Below, piece by piece: positions 56,854 through 64,000 of a stretch of DNA of 64,000 bases. The translations under genes and the position numbers were made by a program. How positions within the stretch are numbered: the first letter of the stretch is position 1; every line of letters starts with the position of its first letter. The notes beneath the pieces were generated by a model that ran no database searches, had not been told where the DNA came from, and was given only the letters and a program-made list of their open reading frames with translations. Source of the DNA: Candidatus Micrarchaeota archaeon (GTDB taxonomy: Archaea; Micrarchaeota; Micrarchaeia; Micrarchaeales; CABMGC01); the NCBI GenBank assembly GCA_027334165.1, contig DAHWXM010000019.1:9983-73982 (forward strand), written 5' to 3'.

Positions 56854-57555
56854 TCACTTACCAAAGCGTCTTTCCCTTGATGAGTAGTCCAGCAGCGCAG
56901 CCTCCAGGTCCGATCGGGTGAAGTCCGGCCACAGTTTGTTAGAGAAGTACAGCTCCGAGTATCCGGACTGCCACGGCATGAATCCCGACAGTCGCATCTC
57001 TCCGGATGTGCGTATCACCAGATCCAGATTTGGTATGCTGTTGGAAAGCAGCGACCTTTGGAATACTTCCTCGAATCTGACACGCTTTCCTGCAGCTACT
57101 GATGCCGCGGCCTTCTTTGCGGCGTGAAGTATGTCCTCTCTTCCCCCGTACCCCATCAAAAGATTTATGACGCGTTCCTTGTAAATGGACGTTTCGGTCT
57201 CAAGCCGGTGCAGCGAAGACGCCAGGTCCGACGGAAGGATCCTTTTGTCGGATATAACGCTTATGCGCGTCTGATTCCGGTGCAACATGTCTATTATCTT
57301 GCGATCCTTTGCAACTTTCTTGTATATGCTAAATAGCGCATTTACCTCCTCCTTTGGCCTTGACAAGTTGTCTGATGACAGGGCCCATATGGTTATGTTG
57401 TTTATCCCATACTCCTTGCACCATTCACCAAACTCAAGGAACTTGGTGACGCCCTTGCTGTAGCCGTTGAATATGGATAGTCCGTGGCCGCGAGCCCACC
57501 TGCGATTCCCGTCGGGGATTAGTGCCAGTGCCGCAGGTACACGCCCTATTTCCAT
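56854..57555 (-). CDS. uppS: cis-prenyltransferase (polyprenyl diphosphate synthase)
   Basis: IPDGNRRWA, ALSSDNLSR, YGGREDI, IRTSGEMRLSGF..WQ. Confidence 0.95.
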   Translation of the reverse strand: MEIGRVPAALALIPDGNRRWARGHGLSIFNGYSKGVTKFLEFGEWCKEYGINNITIWALSSDNLSRPKEEVNALFSIYKKVAKDRKIIDMLHRNQTRISVISDKRILPSDLASSLHRLETETSIYKERVINLLMGYGGREDILHAAKKAAASVAAGKRVRFEEVFQRSLLSNSIPNLDLVIRTSGEMRLSGFMPWQSGYSELYFSNKLWPDFTRSDLEAALLDYSSRERRFGK

Positions 57556-57723
57556 AACTGCTCTACCTCATTACCTATTTATACCACTTTGTTTTTAAGT
57601 GTTACTGTGTATTTTCGGCGTTTGCAGAGGGACGGCAGGGCATTTTTACCGCGGAATTCCGTGAAGGGTTTTCTATCAGCATCTGATTTTTATAGGCTTT
57701 GACCAAATAGAATATGTGATACG

Positions 57724-58254
57724 ATGGCCTCGGACGTTGGAGAACTCATAGGATCAAGGATAAGGGATATACCTGATTATCCAAAGAAAGGCATACTGTT
57801 TAAGGACATAACCCCATTGCTTCGCGATGGCAAGGCATTCGCCGCTTGCATGAATGAGCTGGAAAGACGTGTTGCCATATTGAATCCGGATTATATTGTT
57901 GGCATAGAATCGCGCGGATTCATAATCGGGGCAGCTCTCGCGTACTCGATGGGAATAGGATTCATACCGGTTAGGAAGGCGGGAAAATTGCCGCATGACA
58001 AGGTAAGCAGGACGTACACGCTGGAGTACGGCACCGCCACTGTCGAAATGCATAGGGATGCCATAGAGGATGGGAAAAGAGTAGTAATAGTGGACGACCT
58101 GCTAGCGACCGGAGGCACAGCGCGAGCCGCATCAGACTTGGTAAGGGAAATAGGGGGAAAGGTTGTCGGTTATGCATTTGTGATAGAGCTGAAGGACCTT
58201 GACGGAAGGGCAAAACTGGACGGCGCAGACATAGTATCATTGATAGACTATTAG
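57724..58254 (+). CDS. apt: Adenine phosphoribosyltransferase
   Basis: [41 protein letters not shown]. Confidence 0.95.
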   Translation: MASDVGELIGSRIRDIPDYPKKGILFKDITPLLRDGKAFAACMNELERRVAILNPDYIVGIESRGFIIGAALAYSMGIGFIPVRKAGKLPHDKVSRTYTLEYGTATVEMHRDAIEDGKRVVIVDDLLATGGTARAASDLVREIGGKVVGYAFVIELKDLDGRAKLDGADIVSLIDY

Positions 58255-58296
58255 CGCTATAGTGGATAGCGCATTGGCACTTTTGCAGATGATTGC

Positions 58297-59532
58297 ATGG
58301 AATCAAACATGGAAGATGATTTAATAAACAAGGTTGCTGCAGGGCTTGTTGGTCTGCACAAGGTCGATGAGGCGGTGGAGCCTGCGGCTGCCGCGCGTGT
58401 CCGCAGAATGGCAGTTGAGAAGGCCACGGGAGCGAACTTGGCTGCGGTGGATGATTCAACGATGGATTATTCTGCGATACGCAACAGGAACGCCGAAAAT
58501 GTGATAGGCAGCACCAGGATACCGCTGGGTGTTGCCGGACCGCTTACGGTAAATGGCGAGTTTGCCGCAGGCAAGTTTTACGTGCCGATGGCGACCACCG
58601 AGGGTGCCCTAATAGCGAGTGTGAGCAGAGGCTCAAAGGCCATAACCGCATCCGGCGGGGCGAATGCGCGAATCATAGAAAACGGGATGAGCAGGGCGCC
58701 CGTGTTCGTGTTAGATTCGGTAAGCGAGACCGGAAAGTTCCTCGAATGGGTAAAACTCAACACACAGGGTATACGGAAGGCGGCCGAAGCCACAACGACC
58801 CACGGGAAGCTTATCGACATTACACCTTTTGCCACGGGCAACAACGTCTGGCTCCGCTTCAGGTACGATACCGGAGATGCGATGGGCATGAACATGGTGA
58901 CAATAGCGACCGAAGCGGCGTGCGCGCACATAGAAGAAAATTTCAGTGGCGCCAGGTGCATCGCGGTGAGCGGCAACATGTGCTCGGACAAGAAGGAATC
59001 ACTGGTGAACAACCTCTACGGACGCGGAAAGAGCGTGCTTGCGGACGCATTCGTAAGCGGAAAAGTCCTCGATGCTGTTTTTGGCACAACCGCTGCGGCA
59101 GCAAATGACGTAAACGTAAGGAAAAACCTTCTAGGAAGCGCAAGGGCAGGCAGCTTCAAGTACAATGCCCATTTCGCCAACGTAGTCGCCGCGGTATTCG
59201 CGGCCACCGGACAAGACATTGCACAGGTCGTGGAGAGCAGCAGCGGATACACGTGGACAGAGGTGCGCGGCGATGGCCTTTACATCTCAGTGACCTTGCC
59301 TTCCCTAGAAGTCGGTACGGTTGGTGGTGGCACATCCCTGCCTAGCCAGAGCGGTGCGCTCTCTATCATGGGGGTTGCGGGGGGCGGAAAACCGGCAGGA
59401 AGAAACGCACTGCGGCTTGCTGAGATAATATCAGCTGCGGTACTGGCGGGAGAGCTTAACCTTGTCTGTGCGCTCTCTGCTCGCGATCTTGGGAAGGCGC
59501 ACAAGAAGCTTGGCAGGAACGTACGAGAATGA
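58297..59532 (+). CDS. hmgA: HMG-CoA reductase, class I (NADPH)
   Basis: [43 protein letters not shown]-terminal catalytic His (AHKKL). Confidence 0.95.
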   Translation: MESNMEDDLINKVAAGLVGLHKVDEAVEPAAAARVRRMAVEKATGANLAAVDDSTMDYSAIRNRNAENVIGSTRIPLGVAGPLTVNGEFAAGKFYVPMATTEGALIASVSRGSKAITASGGANARIIENGMSRAPVFVLDSVSETGKFLEWVKLNTQGIRKAAEATTTHGKLIDITPFATGNNVWLRFRYDTGDAMGMNMVTIATEAACAHIEENFSGARCIAVSGNMCSDKKESLVNNLYGRGKSVLADAFVSGKVLDAVFGTTAAAANDVNVRKNLLGSARAGSFKYNAHFANVVAAVFAATGQDIAQVVESSSGYTWTEVRGDGLYISVTLPSLEVGTVGGGTSLPSQSGALSIMGVAGGGKPAGRNALRLAEIISAAVLAGELNLVCALSARDLGKAHKKLGRNVRE

Positions 59533-60410
59533 AAGTGCATGGTGTAATTCGCATGAAAAGACTTGGTGGAGTCATTGAAAAGCTACTGGCTGGAAGATGG
59601 ATAGCAGGACCGGGAATAGAAGACGCCATAGGAACAGGCAAGCGCTTCAACAGCAGACATGTTTCGGTCATATTCAATTACTTGGGAGAAGCATTTACCG
59701 AAAAAGGAGACATAGACGATGCGGTTGAAACGTACGCTAAGCTGATCGATAGTATAAAGGCATCTGGCGTGCGCGCCGCAATATCGGTAAAGCCAACCCA
59801 ACTAGGCATGGCAGTAAGTTACGGGACTGCTCTTAATAACTATCGCAGCGTGGTGAAGAAGGCGAGACGGAATAACACGTTCGTGTGGCTAGACATGGAG
59901 GAGTATCGTTATGTAGTTCCGACAATAAAGATGTACAACGCAGAGGTCATGGACGGTGGCGTCGGGATCTGCATACAGTCAGACCTGCGCAGGAGCGCCG
60001 TTGACGCAGGTAGACTCGCAAGAAATGGAGGCGTTATCAGGCTTGTGAAGGGCGCGTACACTCATTCGGCTAAGTACGCGTACACGTCTAGAGAGAAGAC
60101 CACTAAAAATTATCTGAGCATAATGAGAAGCCTGTTCGAAGAAGCAAGTGAATTCATGATAGCGACCCATGATAAAGACGTGATAGATGAGGCCCTGATA
60201 CTAAACAGATCGCACAGGAAAAGGGTCAGTTATGCGTTTCTGAATGGGATACGCAACGGGTATGCGGTCAGGCTCGCGGAATCTGGGCATGACATTTGGG
60301 TGTACGTACCATTCGGCGACAAATGGGCATCGTATGCGTACAGAAGGCTGCTGGAATCCGGGCATGCGTCACTTATCGCAAGATCTCTTCTGAGAAGCCA
60401 AAGGGTGTAG
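59529..60410 (+). CDS. Monofunctional proline dehydrogenase
   Basis: [43 protein letters not shown]. Confidence 0.88.
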   Translation: MKVHGVIRMKRLGGVIEKLLAGRWIAGPGIEDAIGTGKRFNSRHVSVIFNYLGEAFTEKGDIDDAVETYAKLIDSIKASGVRAAISVKPTQLGMAVSYGTALNNYRSVVKKARRNNTFVWLDMEEYRYVVPTIKMYNAEVMDGGVGICIQSDLRRSAVDAGRLARNGGVIRLVKGAYTHSAKYAYTSREKTTKNYLSIMRSLFEEASEFMIATHDKDVIDEALILNRSHRKRVSYAFLNGIRNGYAVRLAESGHDIWVYVPFGDKWASYAYRRLLESGHASLIARSLLRSQRV

Positions 60411-60555
60411 GTGGATAGGACATTACGATGGTGATTGACAAATCCGGTCGAATCGTCAGATGGTTAACGCCATTCGTAAACTTTATAAAGATTAATTACG
60501 CCAAGTGAAATTGACCAGAAATCTGCAAAGAGTATACCTTAGTATAAGTGCTTTG

Positions 60556-62295
60556 ATGAAGAGTGTTTCGATAAGAATCGCGGGTGCAAACGGTGATGGG
60601 GTTGAATCGAGCGGCGCGCTGCTGATGAAGGTAGCTTCGAAGAGCGGCTTGCACGTTTTCGGCTATAGAGGATACCAGTCCATAATAAGAGGCGGACACG
60701 TGTGGTACCAGGTAAGACTTGGTGATGAGAAGCTGAGCAGCCACGGAGAAAAGATAGACATTCTAATAGCCCTTAATCAGGATTCGATAAAGAACCAGAA
60801 GAGCCATCTGAACGATGGCGCCGTAGTCATATTCGATCCATCCAAGGTCAGCGCATCCGAGATAGACGGAAAGGGCTTCAGACTGGTGCAGATACCGTTG
60901 TTAGACATCGCCATAAAGGTAAGCGGCGATCCTATAATGAGGAACGTAGCTGCCATAGGCGCAGCACTAAGGTTCGTTGGGATAGACTTTGAGATATTCA
61001 AAACGGTAGTAAGAGACATGTGGCTAAGGAAAGGGGAGAAGGTTGTGGACAACAACGTCAACATAGCCATGCAGGCTTACCGTTACCAGGGAGTGAGCAC
61101 GCTATTCGATATAAAAGGGGATGATAAACAGAGATACGCAATGGATGGCAACACGGCTTTCTCGATAGGAACGTTCGCCGGAGGCTGCAAGTTCTATGCT
61201 GCCTATCCCATGACTCCGGCAAGCGGTATACTCCATTGGTATGCTGCACACCAGAACAAGGGCGCGCTTTTCAAGCAGACGGAGGACGAACTTGCCGCAG
61301 TGAATATGGCAATAGGCGCGGCAACCGCAGGTGTCAGGGCAATGTGTGGTACCAGTGGCGGCGGCTTCTCTCTCATGGTGGAAGGCTTGGGAATGGCAGG
61401 CATGATCGAGACGCCGGTAGTTATAGCGGAATCGCAGAGGACCGGGCCCAGCACAGGATTGCCAACAAAGACGGAGCAGGCTGACCTGCTATTTGTCATG
61501 CACGCATCGCAGGGAGAATTCCCAAGGATAGTCGTGGCACCGAGGAGCATACAGGAGTGCTTTACCGTAGGCAGCGAGGTCTTCAACCTTGCAGAGAGAT
61601 ACCAATGCCCGGTAATCGTGCTTCTGGATTTGTACTTGTCTGAAAGAGTTGAAAGCGTGGATGGGCTTGACCTAGATTCGGTGACCATAGACCGCGGAAA
61701 GTTGGTAACAGAGAACACGACAGGGGAACGGTTCAAGAGATATGAGATAACTGAGGACGGGATATCGCCGCGGTCGATACCGGGCACGCCGGGACTCGAA
61801 TTCATAGCGCCAAGCGACGAGCACGACGAGTACGGAGACCTCGTAAGCGACATGTACTCCGGCATAGACGAGTATGTTGAGATAAGGAGACAGATGCATT
61901 CAAAGAGAATGCGCAAGATCGAGACGATGCTCAAGAACGAGAAGGTCTTCACCCCTGAGATCGACAACCCTTCTGCGGAATACTTCTTCGTGACGTTCGG
62001 TTCTACCACTGAGCCGGTGCAGGAGGCTGCACGCGTCCTGAACGAGAGTGGGAAGAGCTTCGGAGTCATCTCATTCAGCTACATAATGCCGCTTGACAAG
62101 GAGAAGACGAGGCGCATGCTGGAAAACAAGAAACTCATAGACGTTGAATGCAACTACACCGCACAGTTGGCGCAGGTCATAATGGCAAACACAGGCATAG
62201 ACATAAAGAACAGAATACTGAAGTTCGATGGCGAGGCTGTTACCGGGACTGAACTCGCTAGGCTCGCCATGGAAACGGTGAAAAATTTCAAATGA
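60556..62295 (+). CDS. 2-oxoacid:ferredoxin oxidoreductase alpha (gamma-alpha fusion) subunit
   Basis: AGANGDGV, YQSIIRGGH, AYPMTPAS, QTEDE, TSGGGFSLM.E, QRTGPSTGLPT. Confidence 0.93.
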   Translation: MKSVSIRIAGANGDGVESSGALLMKVASKSGLHVFGYRGYQSIIRGGHVWYQVRLGDEKLSSHGEKIDILIALNQDSIKNQKSHLNDGAVVIFDPSKVSASEIDGKGFRLVQIPLLDIAIKVSGDPIMRNVAAIGAALRFVGIDFEIFKTVVRDMWLRKGEKVVDNNVNIAMQAYRYQGVSTLFDIKGDDKQRYAMDGNTAFSIGTFAGGCKFYAAYPMTPASGILHWYAAHQNKGALFKQTEDELAAVNMAIGAATAGVRAMCGTSGGGFSLMVEGLGMAGMIETPVVIAESQRTGPSTGLPTKTEQADLLFVMHASQGEFPRIVVAPRSIQECFTVGSEVFNLAERYQCPVIVLLDLYLSERVESVDGLDLDSVTIDRGKLVTENTTGERFKRYEITEDGISPRSIPGTPGLEFIAPSDEHDEYGDLVSDMYSGIDEYVEIRRQMHSKRMRKIETMLKNEKVFTPEIDNPSAEYFFVTFGSTTEPVQEAARVLNESGKSFGVISFSYIMPLDKEKTRRMLENKKLIDVECNYTAQLAQVIMANTGIDIKNRILKFDGEAVTGTELARLAMETVKNFK

Positions 62296-62302
62296 TGTGA
62301 TC

Positions 62303-63193
62303 ATGATGGCCGCGATAAACACAAACGCAAAACCGAACTACAGTTCGAAGAACAAGCCGGTGTGGTGCCCAGGATGTGGCGACTTCGGAGTACATGCGGG
62401 TATATTGAAAGCGATCACCGAACTCGGACTTGATAGGAGCAAAGTCGCGATAGTGTCCGGCATAGGATGTAGCTCTGCGATGCCGCACGTTTTCTCCACC
62501 TATGGCGTGCACAGTCTTCATGGACGCCTGCTCCCAGTGGCCACAGGGATGAAGCTGGCGAATGAGGAGCTCACGGTCATAGGGGCAGGAGGCGATGGTG
62601 ATGGCTACGGCATAGGCGTAGGCCACCTCATACATTCGGCAAGAAGAAACATAGACATCACGTACATAGTCATGAATAACGAGATATATGGATTGACTAC
62701 TGGACAAGCGTCTCCGACAAGCTTCGTTGGCGCCAAGACAAAGTCAACGCCGTTTGGGAGCATAGAAACCCCTGAAAATCCGCTCGCTGTTGCGATAAGC
62801 GCAGGAGCAACGTACGTTGCGCGCGCGTTCTCAGGAGAGCCCGTGCATATGGCAGAAATGATAAAGAATGGCATAGCGCACAAAGGCTTCTCCATAATAG
62901 ACGTGTTCAGCCCGTGCGTCACTTTCAACGACTTTAACACGTACGAATGGTACAGGTCTCGCGTATACAAGCTTGATGGCACAGAACACGATACTGGAAA
63001 CAAGGTAAAGGCATTCGAGAAGGCCACAGAAACAGACACGAACGGATGGAGCAAGGTGCCCATCGGACTGTTGTACAGAGAGAGCAGGCCGACGTACAGC
63101 AGCATGGATATAGCTTCGAAGAACGGGCCGCTAGTGAAGCAGGCTATGCCCAGCAAGGACGTTGTGAAAGGAATACTTGAGGAGTACAGGTAA
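62303..63193 (+). CDS. 2-oxoacid:ferredoxin oxidoreductase beta subunit
   Basis: WCPGCGDF, SGIGCS, HGR, GDGD TPP motif, YGLTTGQ.SPT, SPCVTFN. Confidence 0.94.
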   Translation: MMAAINTNAKPNYSSKNKPVWCPGCGDFGVHAGILKAITELGLDRSKVAIVSGIGCSSAMPHVFSTYGVHSLHGRLLPVATGMKLANEELTVIGAGGDGDGYGIGVGHLIHSARRNIDITYIVMNNEIYGLTTGQASPTSFVGAKTKSTPFGSIETPENPLAVAISAGATYVARAFSGEPVHMAEMIKNGIAHKGFSIIDVFSPCVTFNDFNTYEWYRSRVYKLDGTEHDTGNKVKAFEKATETDTNGWSKVPIGLLYRESRPTYSSMDIASKNGPLVKQAMPSKDVVKGILEEYR

Positions 63194-63212
63194 ACTACTA
63201 CAGGATGGATAG

Positions 63213-64000
63213 ATGGCAGGAATAGTTGGATACGGAGCGTACATACCCATATACAGGATAAAAGTGGAGGACATAGCAAGCGTGTGGAACGAGGATGCCG
63301 AGGCCATAAAGCATGGTCTTGGCATAAAGGAGAAAACGGTTCCGGCGAGAGACGAGGATGCTGCAACGATAGCGGTTGAGGCTTCCAGAAGGGCCGTCAG
63401 GCATGCTGGCATATCCCCATCGAATATACAGGCAGTGTACGTAGGATCGGAATCCCACCCGTACGCGGTGAAACCCACAGCCACAATAGTAAAGGAGGCA
63501 CTTGGAACTGGCAACAGAGTCATGGCAGCAGACCTTGAATTCGCATGCAAGGCAGGCACTGCCGGCATGCAGATGGTCATGGGGCTTGTCGAAAGCAGGA
63601 TGATAGATTACGGGCTTGCTGCTGGAAGCGATACATCGCAAGGAAGGCCTGGAGATGCACTTGAGTACACGGCAAGCGCTGGAGGCGCTGCATTCATAAT
63701 AGGCAGGGAGAAGGAGGAGATTATAGCAAACATACTTAAGACAGTGAGCTTCACCACAGATACTCCGGATTTCTGGCGCAGGGAGAGCGCAAGTTTCCCG
63801 TCCCATGGAGGCAGGTTCACTGGCGAACCCGCGTACTTCAGGCACATAACAAGCGCCACGAAGTTGATGTTCGAAGAAACGGGATTCGAGCCCTCTGATT
63901 TCGCATATGCCGTTTTTCATCAGCCCAATGGCAAGTTCCCAACGAATGTTGCAAGGATGCTGGGATTCTCGGAGGAACAGATAAAGCCCGGACTCCTGAC
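63213..64000 (+). CDS. Archaeal HMG-CoA synthase (partial, runs off right edge)
   Basis: Manual translation: [15 protein letters not shown]...DEDAAT...[11 protein letters not shown]...[10 protein letters not shown]...PDFWRR...[12 protein letters not shown]...FHQPNGKFP; missing from the ORF track because it has no stop in the window. Confidence 0.92.
   Translation, partial: MAGIVGYGAYIPIYRIKVEDIASVWNEDAEAIKHGLGIKEKTVPARDEDAATIAVEASRRAVRHAGISPSNIQAVYVGSESHPYAVKPTATIVKEALGTGNRVMAADLEFACKAGTAGMQMVMGLVESRMIDYGLAAGSDTSQGRPGDALEYTASAGGAAFIIGREKEEIIANILKTVSFTTDTPDFWRRESASFPSHGGRFTGEPAYFRHITSATKLMFEETGFEPSDFAYAVFHQPNGKFPTNVARMLGFSEEQIKPGLL

Noticed and set aside
61203-63920. Long minus-strand ORFs (288, 253 and 240 aa)
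   Set aside because: They are antisense shadows of OFOR alpha, OFOR beta and HMG-CoA synthase.
1-64000. CRISPR arrays, transposases, integrases, inteins, recoded stops
   Set aside because: No regularly spaced repeats or mobile-element ORFs were seen by eye. RFC, LonB, TopA and Top6A have normal lengths, and no conserved gene is interrupted by an in-frame stop.

Overview
This is a gene-dense archaeal chromosomal segment. It is most consistent with a DPANN Micrarchaeota-like genome, inferred from the LamG/class III signal-peptide proteins, GGTG-type ribosome-binding sites, eS26 and the Euryarchaeota/DPANN-type FtsZ and LonB. Core housekeeping genes include psmB, aCPSF1, eS26, FtsZ, Rad50, aEF-1beta, MtaB, TrmI, RFC-S, SerS, aRF1, LonB, Top6A, Spt5, uL11, eS8, TopA, tRNA-Leu(UAG) and a stand-alone 5S rRNA. 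Surface glycosylation is represented by GalE-like, GT2 and three GT-C genes. Metabolic genes include carAB, argF, pyrH, gdhA, a ProDH, a 2-oxoacid:ferredoxin oxidoreductase and isoprenoid genes (IdsA, UppS, HMG-CoA reductase and synthase). There is also a 10-gene type IV/Tad-like pilus operon. No CRISPR array, integrase, transposase or intein was seen. The most notable observations are: (1) a complete nickel superoxide dismutase module (sodN-sodX) in an archaeon; (2) an uncharacterised protein behind rps8e that ends in a ribosomal P-stalk-like C-terminal motif; (3) a candidate leader-peptide/U-tract attenuator overlapping the carA start; (4) a NodU-type carbamoyltransferase coupled to a GT-C glycosyltransferase; (5) prepilins with non-canonical Leu/Val at the -1 cleavage position; (6) a uppS-DUF2070-prenol kinase operon; and (7) a multi-hairpin non-coding element upstream of lonB. 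All family assignments come from motif recognition by eye; no database searches were run.
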